From Octopus vulgaris (lineage: Eukaryota), in assembly GCA_951406725.2 (NCBI GenBank), contig OX597842.1:17112001-17176000 (forward strand): DNA of 64,000 nucleotides. The letters run 5' to 3'. Of the stretch, positions 27,081-38,083 are shown piece by piece; position 1 is the first letter of the stretch; every line of letters starts with the position of its first letter. The position numbers and the translations under genes were made by a program. The notes beneath the pieces are model-generated. The model saw only the letters and a list, made by a program, of their open reading frames with translations. It was not told the DNA's origin and searched no databases.

Positions 27081-28645
27081 TACATACATACATACATACA
27101 TACATACATACATACATACATACATACATACACGACCTACAATCTCGATGTACTGGATCCGCCCACTACCGGAACACATGACAACGACCCATAGACTGAG
27201 GTCAAAATGCATCCAAGAGATTGACTTTATCAGATTTATCAAAATTTATCTCAGACATAAAGAAATTAAAACATATTTCACAGTCATACACATGTCGCGT
27301 TTCTTTTGCGGTTCAGTGTATAGCAACACAAACCAACTCTTCATAATCACACGCCAGAGAGCAGCGAAAACAGTTATCAGCACCGTTTCCCCGTAAATTT
27401 CCCGAAGAAGAATTCCTAGCTTCGAAATACTGAAACACTAGAGAAGAGTATAAACCACTGACTTGTATTATTAATATTTTTTTACAACTTGCATTGTTTT
27501 AGCTTTAAAGTAAAACTATTTAAAATATTTATACGTATGAGACAATGCTTCTTGAAAACCACAGCTGTGCGCGCATGCATACACACACGCACACACACGC
27601 GCACACATGCATGCACGTACGCCAACACAGAGTTATACAATCAATTACACTGAAATCAAGAGGCGATGTTTTACTTACAACCGGACGACGATTTTTCAGA
27701 AATATCGTAGGTTTCATTATTTCCACTTTTTCTTTTGGCTTCATACTTCCAGCCATCATACTCGATGGTAAACTCCGGGTAACTGAAACTAATATATTAC
27801 AATTGATAAATTGTTTTTCTTATATTTTTGTTATTTTCTATGTTTACTGGGTTTTTTAAATGTAATCCCACACAAAATCGATTGTACCCTCATCGAGCTT
27901 TTTCTCAAACCTTAAGGTTCATAACGAAAACATTATCATTATCATTATTATAAGGCGGCGAGTTGGCAGAGTCTTTAGCATGCCGGATAAAATGCTTAGC
28001 AGTATTTTTGTCCGTCTATACATCTTGAGTTCAAATTCCGTCGAGGTCAACTTTGCCTATCACCCTTTCGGGGATCGTTGGAATAATTACCAGTTTGACA
28101 CTGGTACCGATGCAGTCGACAACCACCCCCTACGCCCCCAACAAACTGTCAGACGTTCTGCCTACGGGAGAAAGGATTATTATTATGGAATTATAATGTT
28201 ATACAACAATGAGACATAAAGTATATCTGTGAACTTTCCTCTTATAAATACACCGTGAATGTGTTCAAAAGAACAATTATTAAGTAATTGAAGAAGATGT
28301 TAGTTATGAGTAAGGAGATGATATATACTTCGCATTGAAAGTCACAGTTTGTGGGACCCAAATGTCAGTTGGATCCACATTGAGTTTTTCTTTCTGGAAC
28401 CATGATATAGAATTCGTCCCTGTTCCACGGAAAATGAATACTGTATCATCATATTTGTTTTTCAACCGAAATTCCACCTGCAAATAGAAAGTAAACTCAA
28501 ACAAGTGACAAATCTCAGAGAATGAGGGATGGTAGAGTTTTAGGAAGAGAACGGAGATTAGGATGTGATATAAGGAGAGAGTAGGAGGGCGAGAATGAGA
28601 TGGCAGCAATATGAGAGTCAAACGAAATTGGATTGGGGCTTCCAT
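26552..28645 (-). CDS. PAN-like gene family copy 2, a PAN-deleted in-frame fusion (exons 28645-28329, 27782-27679, 26601-26552; 156 aa predicted)
   Basis: [15 protein letters not shown] is homologous to the family N-terminus. It runs through about 41 intron-derived codons into [32 protein letters not shown]..., then [35 protein letters not shown] and [16 protein letters not shown]. Phases are consistent (317+104+50 nt). It could still be a pseudogene. Confidence 0.6.
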
Positions 28646-28704
28646 TCCTGAAAAATAAACAATTATTCACACATATTTAAATACACGTCCCCTCATTTGT
28701 GTGC

Positions 28705-28765
<61 letters not shown>

Positions 28766-28790
28766 CGAGGTCTGATCAATAAGTATCCGG

Positions 28791-28823
<33 letters not shown>

Positions 28824-28894
28824 TTTCAGAATCTTTTGTACCGATTATGTTCCCTGTACATTTATTTGTGACTGTGTTTATGTATGTATGTATG

Positions 28895-28935
<41 letters not shown>

Positions 28936-29059
28936 TATCAAAATCTTTAGCCGAACCGCTAGGTTACGGGGACATAAACACACCAGCATCGGTTGTCAAC
29001 CAGGCGATGTTGGGGGTACAGACACAGACACACAAGCATACACAGACACACACACACAG

Positions 29060-29100
<41 letters not shown>

Positions 29101-29137
29101 ATATATATATAATTATATATATATATATATATATATA

Positions 29138-29350
29138 TACGAGGTCTGATCAATAAGTATCCGGATTGTTCCGAGAGGGAATAAGCTGAAGCATGCTGGG
29201 TAAAACCGCTTGGCAAAAAGTGGCCTGGGACTCTTTTGTGCAAGAGCGTTAAGTCTTATCGTTCTAGCTCATTTCTGCTGTTTACAGCAGTGCTTGGAAG
29301 GAAGATGTGTAGCGTGTGATCGTCGCATTTACCACGACAGAGAAAGTTGG
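29138..29350 (+). mobile_element. Mariner-like MITE end (related termini at about 8738 and 28764)
   Basis: Recurrent TA|CGAGGTCTGATCAATAAGTATCCGGA terminus next to (TA)n. Confidence 0.55.
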
Positions 29351-29774
29351 TTATGCGTGCATATTAAGAGGTGTGTTGTATTTTTCAATGAAAAAAGTTT
29401 CTTTATTCTAATTCGTTTAAATAAAGAACCTTTTTTCATTGAAAAATACAAAACACGTCTAAATATGCACGCTTAACCAACTTTTATCTTTTTACATATT
29501 TCAATTCACGATTACATCACTGTACATAAATCCCCTTACTAAACAAGGATTTTGAAAATTGTGTGTGTCTGTACACGTATACATATTTCCCCTCCCATTA
29601 CCGAAAGCTTAACAGTTATCTCCCATACTCACAACAATAACAATAATAACGACAACGAGTTACGTCCCTTTATATATCTACTTGTGAAGTCATTCACTCG
29701 TGAATTTCATTACTCACATCATTGACAAAATTTCTTCTTAAGAAAAAATTCAAAATTCAAATAAGGAAAATTTA

Positions 29775-29809
29775 ATATCATGAATAGCGATAGCGAAACT
29801 GGTCGATAT
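29775..29809 (+). ncRNA. Candidate minimal hammerhead ribozyme with an A3-U8 core variant
   Basis: ATATC-ATGAATA-GC GATA GC-GAAA-CTGG-TC-GATAT: 5-bp stem I, 2-bp stem II with tetraloop and GUC triplet. Confidence 0.55.
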
Positions 29810-29876
29810 ATTACAAATTATATTAAAACTATGTAAGTGTGCGTATTTTCCTTTTTTAATTTCTTATATATATATA

Positions 29877-30474
29877 TGGTCACCATCCAGTGTCAAGTTG
29901 ATCACAGAGCTCGAGGCGATCCAACGTAGCTACACGAAGAAGATAGCCTCTATGCAGAATGTAAGCTACTGGGAAAGACTCAAGAGATTAAAACTATATT
30001 CCCTGGAGCGTAGGCGGGAAAGATATGCCATAATATACATCTGGAAGATCCTGGAGGGACGTGTCCTGAACTTTGGCATCGAGAGCTATGCAAATGCCAG
30101 AACTGGGCGCCACTGCGTGGTGCCTAGGACTCCAAACTTGCCATCAAGATGTACGACAAGATTCTGTGATAGCCTGGGCTTCCGAGGCCCACAGCTCTTC
30201 AATATCCTCCCGAAGAACCTGAGAGACCTGCATGGGGTGGATGCAGATGTCTTTAAAATGAAGCTGGATCTCTTCCTGTCAGGTGTCCCAGATGAACCAA
30301 CTTCACGGCAGGAGGGGCAGATGAGGGCAGCTGCATCGAACTCTCTCATGCACCAAATGGCAGTTGCTAGAAAGCTTTCGTGAAGTGAAACCAAGTAGCA
30401 ACACCAAATGGCGGTGCCCCAGCATGGCCACAGCAAATAAGCTGAAACTAGAATCAATCAATCAATCAATCAAT
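29877..30474 (+). mobile_element. LINE 3' fragment, same family as 47601-48847
   Basis: ORF 29898-30383 (LYSLERRRERY, FRGPQLFNILP), 3' UTR and (CAAT)n tail. Confidence 0.9.
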
Positions 30475-30475
30475 C

Positions 30476-30517
<42 letters not shown>

Positions 30518-30785
30518 ATATAACTGTCTTCTGTAGTAGTAGCTCCAAAGAAGTCAAATTACTTTATTACTCTTCTGTACCGATTATGTTCCCTGTACAT
30601 TTATTTGTGTGTGTGTTTATGTATGTATGTATGTATATATATATATATATATCCTTTGAGAATCTTTTGCCGAACCGATGGGTTACGGGGACATAAACAC
30701 ACCAGCATCGGGTGTGAAGCAGGCGAATTTGGGGCTACAGACACAGACACACAAGCACACACACACACAGACACACACACACACA

Positions 30786-30872
<87 letters not shown>

Positions 30873-31202
30873 GACGGGCTTCTTTCAGTTTTCTTCTACC
30901 AAATCCACTCACGAGGTTTGGTCGGCCCGAGGCTATAGTAGAAGATCAAGCAATTGGAATGAACCCGGAACCATGTGGTTGGTAAGCAAGCTACTTACCA
31001 CGCAGCTATATATATATTACTCTTTTCTCTTTTACTCTTTTACTTGTTTCAGTCATTTGACTGCGGGAATGATGGAGCACCGCTTTTAGTCGAGCAAATC
31101 GACCCCGGGACTTATTCTATCAGTCTCTTTTGTCGACCGGGACGTAAACACACCAGCATCGGTTGTCAAGCAATGCTAGGGGTCAAACACAGACACACAA
31201 TT

Positions 31203-31266
<64 letters not shown>

Positions 31267-31792
31267 TACAAAATTAGAGAATGGAGAAACATACTTAAAT
31301 CAGTAAAACATCAACTATCCGATGATACTCAATCCATACTTTAATACACCATTACATATGAGTAAAGGCAATATATAAAATGAAATGAGATATACAGTAA
31401 TAGTAAAAGTAAAAAGATAAAGAGATATAAGTAAAAAATTTCAAATATAATATGCAAATAAATCAAAACTGATTTTGTAGTATTAATTTACGGTAATATT
31501 ATTACCTTTACCCATTTAATACAATAGATGAACTGATTGCTTGACAATTTTTAACATCTATGTATTATTTTGTTGGGTACCTATCTAGCAGTATATTGGA
31601 TATATATTATCCCATGGTGGGTTGAATTTTCAACCCCTATCTCATTTTATAACCTAAATTTATCTTTTGAGGAACCTGAATTGCTCATACTGGTGTAATA
31701 TAAGCATCCATTTATTGATTTAAATATTAATAGTGCATGTGAATACACCCTAGTGTAGTATATTTGTTCCTTTGATCATTACTGCTAGAAGA

Positions 31793-33358
31793 ATGGAGAA
31801 AATACTGATCAATTCATCAATGAAGGATGTACCTATCCCTACCAAAGACCATTACACTAAAGAACTAATTTATAGAATGAATGAATTCATCCATAGGATC
31901 AGATGGAGGATTTTCCACCATGAGAACTATAATAATAAAATAAACCAACAACACACTGGGGAAACGATCCGTAATGGAATTGGAAGCACCTATGAAGAAA
32001 TATTAAAACTAACAGGCACTACATTTAAATCTAGAAAGTCTCCTCCACCAAATATACATCTAGACAATTTTGAACAAGAACTATGGGAGACTGTAAAAAA
32101 CATAAAATTTAGAAATCATCCTTTAAGATATAACCTGCACCAAAGAGAATTGAAAGACTTAATTAGAACTCTCAAAGGTAAGAGCGGCATTCTAACACAT
32201 TCTGACAAAACCAACAACATCTACAACATGGACATTACTGCATATCATGATCTTCTACACAAGGAAATAACCAAGAAATACAAAGTAGTACCTTCTAGTA
32301 CACTTAGAAAACTGAACCTGGAGATCAGAGAAATCATATTTGACTACTACCTAGAAGAAAAAACGGAACCCTACACCCCATCCAGACCGAGAATTACACT
32401 AAAGGATCATAAAGAGAATTTTCTTGGAAATACACAGGTCAGATTAATTTGCCCCACTAAATCTGACTTAGGCAGACTAAGTAAACTCATTCTAGATAAA
32501 TATCTACCCACCATCCGCAATAAAATCAAACTAAACCTTTGGAAGAATACTCAGGGTGCTTTGGATTGGTTTTCTACCATTAAGGTCTGTGACAGTAACA
32601 ACTTTAGCTATAATAGAAATAAATTTATACAATTCGATATACAGAATTATTACACTTCAATTAACCCTATTATATTAAATAAGTCCTTAATTTTTGCTAG
32701 AAAACACACTAAACTAAGTATGGGGGAGATTAAGGTTATACTAACAGCCAGGAAAACTTTAATAGAGTTTGATAATAAACTTTGGGCTAGAAAGGACACA
32801 CCCAACTTGTTCGATATCACAATGGGATCGCCGGACTCAGCGGAGGTGACTGATCTAGTTGGGATGTATCTATTAGATAACTTTAGTAGGGAATTCCCTG
32901 AATTAAAAGGTGGATTATACAGGGATGACGCCTTATTTTGTGTTAGGAATACATCAAATAGGAGATTAGATCTTCTGAAAAAAAGAATAAATAAATTTTT
33001 TAAAAGCTTCGGCCTATCCATTATCATTGAAAGTGAAAATTATTCTGCTAATTATTTAGATGTTAATTGTAACATTACTAATGGTTTACATGAACCCTAT
33101 ATTAAACCTAATTCTAACCTAATATACATTAACCGTTCTAGTAATCACCCCCCCCAAATTAAAAATGCACTAGTGCGTAGCATTAGTCAGAGAATTTCTA
33201 GTTTATCCTCAAACGAGGAAATTTTTAACAAACACTGTGATAGATACAATGCAGCATTACTTAAGGCAGGATATAAAAGTAAGATTTGGTTTATACCTAA
33301 GGGGAACCCCCTAATGGAGGTAGAACTATCAGGAACAACACAAATAGATTTAGGATAA
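31793..33358 (+). CDS. Penelope-like reverse transcriptase (N-terminal part of a frameshifted RT-EN ORF)
   Basis: Motifs SDKTNN, TLKDHKENF, RLICPTKSDLG, FDIQNYYTSI, MGSPDSAEVTDLVG, GLYRDDAL, YLDV and YINRSSNHPP. Confidence 0.92.
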   Translation: MEKILINSSMKDVPIPTKDHYTKELIYRMNEFIHRIRWRIFHHENYNNKINQQHTGETIRNGIGSTYEEILKLTGTTFKSRKSPPPNIHLDNFEQELWETVKNIKFRNHPLRYNLHQRELKDLIRTLKGKSGILTHSDKTNNIYNMDITAYHDLLHKEITKKYKVVPSSTLRKLNLEIREIIFDYYLEEKTEPYTPSRPRITLKDHKENFLGNTQVRLICPTKSDLGRLSKLILDKYLPTIRNKIKLNLWKNTQGALDWFSTIKVCDSNNFSYNRNKFIQFDIQNYYTSINPIILNKSLIFARKHTKLSMGEIKVILTARKTLIEFDNKLWARKDTPNLFDITMGSPDSAEVTDLVGMYLLDNFSREFPELKGGLYRDDALFCVRNTSNRRLDLLKKRINKFFKSFGLSIIIESENYSANYLDVNCNITNGLHEPYIKPNSNLIYINRSSNHPPQIKNALVRSISQRISSLSSNEEIFNKHCDRYNAALLKAGYKSKIWFIPKGNPLMEVELSGTTQIDLG

Positions 33359-34635
33359 TCAACAATATACATAAGAATAGTAAAAATAGAATATATGATA
33401 ACACCTATAATAAATGTAGAAGTGACGTTAACCTTGGAAAGGTGAACGGTAGCTCAAATAGATCTAAGCATACGGGTAATAGTAGTAATATTAATAATAA
33501 TATACGAATTAAAACTTATGGTAGACATGATAATGGTAAAGTTTACTTGCGCAATAACCATGGTAATATTGATATAGATAGATATAATAATAACAGTGGT
33601 AAGAATAGTAATCCTATGAGTTGGTCTACGAATAGGATTTTTACAAATAACATTAATTCTATAGGCAATCCTAATTCTGATAAGGATACTCTTTGGTTGA
33701 TTATCCCGTATGCAATGCAGATTAAAACAAACATAGTGAGAGCTTTGCATAATGTTATTTTTAGGCATTTTGGTAAGGATAGGAATAAATTTAGTCCTTT
33801 AATTAACAACGGTACTGTTAGAGTGGGATATAGCATTACTCATAATCTAGCCACCATTATCTCCTCTTTTAATAACAAGAAACTGGATCACTTCTATAAG
33901 GATAGAAAATTGAATTTAGACCAGGATAACTTGCCCCTCTTCATTAATAATAGGAATAGAAATTTTCTTGGAACAAATGGGAACAACCTCCTTACTAATA
34001 ATGAGTGCACCATACCTGTCAGAGATAATATAAATGTAATAGATCATACTACTACTACCAATACTAGTACTAGTGATAGAAATATAGCCGATAATGTGAA
34101 ATTAACTCATTCGTTGATTTTGGGTTTGGATGATGATAACAATTGTAACACTTATAATGTGAATAGTAGTATAGGGGTGGTGTCCAATCTTAGATTTCCT
34201 CATTCTGTTAATCTTTGTAATTGCAGAAATAAAAATAAATGTGTATTTGGTAATCAATGCCTCAGGAAGGAGGTAGTTTACCAATGCACTGTAGATACAC
34301 AATTGAGTAGTAGGGTGTATATCGGTGCAACTATGAATAGCATAAAACAAAGATGGAATTATCACAGATATACTTTTAGGAATAAAAATAGAATGTACTC
34401 TACAGGGCTAAGTGCATACATTTGGGAACTTAAAAGTAAGAACTTAGATTTTAGATTAAACTGGAAAATACTAACTTCAGCACCTGTGTATAATGGAAAA
34501 AATAAAAAATGCTCTCTATGTATTAATGAAATTTTCTTCATTATTAAAGCGGGTCGGCAAATTATTAACAACATTAATGAGAAAAACTTCTTTTGTATTC
34601 ATAGGCTACCGTTCACCTTTTCTAGATTCAAATAG
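33301..34635 (+). CDS. Penelope-like Asn-rich linker plus GIY-YIG endonuclease (-1 frame continuation)
   Basis: Frame is open from 33301. Reads CNCRNKNKCVFGNQC, VVYQC...VYIGAT, KQRWNYH, LSAYIWELK and CSLCINE. Confidence 0.9.
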   Translation, partial: GEPPNGGRTIRNNTNRFRIINNIHKNSKNRIYDNTYNKCRSDVNLGKVNGSSNRSKHTGNSSNINNNIRIKTYGRHDNGKVYLRNNHGNIDIDRYNNNSGKNSNPMSWSTNRIFTNNINSIGNPNSDKDTLWLIIPYAMQIKTNIVRALHNVIFRHFGKDRNKFSPLINNGTVRVGYSITHNLATIISSFNNKKLDHFYKDRKLNLDQDNLPLFINNRNRNFLGTNGNNLLTNNECTIPVRDNINVIDHTTTTNTSTSDRNIADNVKLTHSLILGLDDDNNCNTYNVNSSIGVVSNLRFPHSVNLCNCRNKNKCVFGNQCLRKEVVYQCTVDTQLSSRVYIGATMNSIKQRWNYHRYTFRNKNRMYSTGLSAYIWELKSKNLDFRLNWKILTSAPVYNGKNKKCSLCINEIFFIIKAGRQIINNINEKNFFCIHRLPFTFSRFK

Positions 34636-36381
34636 AACTTAGCACTTCCACTATTATTAATTTTTTAATTCCCTTCTTTAACTAAATATACCTGTGGTCC
34701 TCTATAATTCTAAAGTATACAATTTATAAATTTCATAATTTTATAATTTTTATAGCTACATTTGTATAATAATTAATGGATGTGTCTAGTATTATTGGTT
34801 CCTTGATTTTTGTATGTGGGTTTTTGTTTGTTTTTTTAAGAGAAATGCAATATGACATAAAATAGCATATTCATTTTGGTATTTGCCTTGTAATGTGTGA
34901 TTTTTGAAGTTTTCCAATATTGCATAGTATATTGCATAGTATATATGTATATCTTGGTTAGATACCTAGCTCTAGATAATGTAATGATATTGTATAATAT
35001 GTAATATATGAGAGCCTTTTATGAGTTTGGTGGGTTTAGGTTGAGATTATAGGTTTTTTGTATGTGTTTATTTGGAAGGTTTTTATTATATATTTGGTCT
35101 TTTTGTACTCACCTTAATTTGTATCTTATGCTATTCACTGATAAACCTTTTTCATTTTTCTTTTTTTCATTTTCTCATTTACATGCATTTTGCTTTATAA
35201 TTATTACCAGCCTCATATATTTAGTTTATATCTATAGTCCTCTGGATCTGTACTTTAAACTATCCTTCCATACATTTTTACTTTCAACAATATAAAATAT
35301 ATATAAAATATATATATTCACTTTATTTATTTTTATTTATTTCCCATTTTATTGTAATATTATCAATCTTTGCATCTAGTCTTCTATTCATTTATTTATT
35401 TGCCTATTTAAGTGTAGATGTTTACATACATATCAAGTCATCTAATTTGTTACCTATTTATTTTTTACTTATTTACTTATACTGGTGTAGTTTTATACAT
35501 ACATATCTATCATTTATTTTTATTTAATTTTAATAATATATGAATACATATATACTAGTTTGTACTTATAATTATGTGTATAACCGTATTTATTCCTTCG
35601 TATTTATTCCTTTTTATTTATTTTATCTCTTTTCATCTTAAGTCTTTATAATATAAAATTTATTTAAAATTTCTGTGATGTTCTCATAAGCGTTTACATT
35701 AATACTTCCCCTTCTATTCTTTAATGCCTAAACTGGTATATTATGGCACTATATTTATTAAGTTAATAAGTGACTTATTTATAATATTTAAATTAATATA
35801 TATTTTATATTTTATATTTTATAATTTAGCGTACTTAAAATCATAACAAACTTACGATAAACCTAACAACCGTATGTTTACTCTGTAACAAACCGGTGTT
35901 ATAAATTTTAAGTTACCCATGAAATAATTATCTGAATTAGTAACATACTGATATTTAAAAATATATTTATATCTAAATTAAATATTTTATAGAATGCATG
36001 GATGGTTCTTTTTTTGTTATTAAGGCTCAGTTATAATTTTGAAGGACTAAATGTTAGCATAGTTGCTTCCCTTTTTGTTTATCTAAGTGCTAGTTGTTGC
36101 TTGTTAATATGTATGTGTATAAGTGTATGTATATACATATAACTATGTGTGTATGTGCGATTGATCTGTAGATGCGTGTGTGAATATTGGCGTTCCTTGA
36201 CTAACCAACCGTATAATTTTCTTTTGTGATTTAAATTTCAAACCAATAGCCAATCGAATTAATCTAAATTTTCTTTACCTAGTGGTCAGCATTTCTTAAC
36301 TCATAGTTATTTCGATCTTGAAAGGATGGACTTGGTGCTAACTTAACTGTATCTATTTTTAGTATTTTTTTATTATTATTA

Positions 36382-36425
<44 letters not shown>

Positions 36426-36765
36426 AGTAATTTTTATTAACTTTTATAGCTTTAGAATTTTATGAACTGTACCACGGATTTAATTATTATTTTTCATCTC
36501 CATATGTGTTAGCCCTTTTTTTTATAAAAAAAACTATTAGCCAAATATGTATAATATCGGTACTTATTAATATTAATATATACACTGTTATATATTTTGT
36601 TTTATATTGTTCTGTTTACCTTCCTTTTTGTACAAATGTGTATTATATTATATAAGTGTAGCATTATGATGTATAAGTTTTTATATTTTACATTTTTATA
36701 TTTTTATATTTATATGTATATGATTATATAATATTTTTCACTATTATAACAAATTTAATTTAATT

Positions 36766-36873
36766 CTCTGAAGAGGCCGTGGGGCATCCTTGTTAATGCC
36801 TCATTTATACCTGCCTTTATGGCTTATAGGTTAAATGAGGTATGACTGTCCTCACTGCCGAAACAGCTGTCAG
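36766..36873 (+). ncRNA. Type I hammerhead ribozyme of the Penelope-like element, with extended stem II
   Basis: CTGAAGA (36768-36774), GGC...GCC enclosing an 85-nt stem II domain, GAAA, palindromic CAGCTG and TC. Predicted cleavage is after 36871. Confidence 0.75.
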
Positions 36874-37251
36874 TTTTGATTTATTTGCATATTATATTTG
36901 AAATTTTTTACTTATATCTCTTTATCTTTTTACTTTTACTATTACTGTATATCTCATTTCATTTTATATATTGCCTTTACTCATATGTAATGGTGTATTA
37001 AAGTATGGATTGAGTATCATCGGATAGTTGATGTTTTACTGATTTAAGTATGTTTCTCCATTCTCTAATTTTGTAGTATTAATTTACGGTAATATTATTA
37101 CCTTTACCCATTTAATACAATAGATGAACTGATTGCTTGACAATTTTTAACATCTATGTATTATTTTTGTTGGGTACCTATCTAGCAGTATATTGGATAT
37201 ATATTATCCCATGGTGGGTTGAATTTTCAACCCCTATCTCATTTTATAACC

Positions 37252-37274
<23 letters not shown>

Positions 37275-37282
<8 letters not shown>

Positions 37283-37667
37283 ATAAATATTAGGGAATAA
37301 ATCCAAATTTACAGGGAAAATCAATATTTATAGTAAAATATTATATAATATTAATAGAGACATATACCACTATATATAAATCAAACAAGAAAGACTTAAT
37401 CCAATACGTATAATATATATATATATATATATATAAATATTATATATATACACTACAATATATATGTCTCTTATATACATATATATATATCAGATCTATC
37501 TATTCAATATATATAGTTATGAATAGAAGATCTGAATACCACCTGATAATGTCCTCAGAAGAGACACGAAACAATTGTATACGAATTTAATATATTTAAT
37601 TTATATAAATTTTTTTATGTATTGGATTAAGTCTTTCTTTGTTTATTTGCATAATAGTGGTTTTGTA

Positions 37668-37671
<4 letters not shown>
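37275..37671 (+). mobile_element. Probable non-autonomous Penelope-derived remnant with inverted arms and a degenerate hammerhead
   Basis: About 37355-37410 is inverted relative to about 37615-37671 (GAAAGACTTAATCCAATAC / GTATTGGATTAAGTCTTTC). CTGATAA...GAAA CAATTG TA at 37543-37579. Confidence 0.5.
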
Positions 37672-37746
<75 letters not shown>

Positions 37747-37930
37747 TACGACAGGCTTATTACAGTTTCCGTCTACCGAATCCACTCAGAAGATGCCACG
37801 CAGTGGAACTGAACCCAGAACCATGTGGTTGTTTAGCAAGCTACTTACCACATATATATATATATAAAAGTATAGAGGGAGACAGACAAACAGACATATA
37901 GACAGACAGACAGACAACTAGATAAATAGT

Positions 37931-38083
<153 letters not shown>

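Larger units (their letters stand above)
31263..37253 (+). mobile_element. Near full-length Penelope-like retroelement (Naiad-type) with pseudo-LTR and 5' inversion, inserted in (TA)n
   Basis: RT and GIY-YIG ORFs. Direct repeat 31472-31656 = 37068-37253. Inverted repeat 31263-31472 = reverse complement of 36870-37079. Hammerhead at 36766-36873. Confidence 0.95.

Noticed and set aside
27529-27759. ORF-track protein [14 protein letters not shown]...
   Set aside because: Wrong frame of exon 4 of copy 2. Splice phases and paralog conservation support [12 protein letters not shown] instead.
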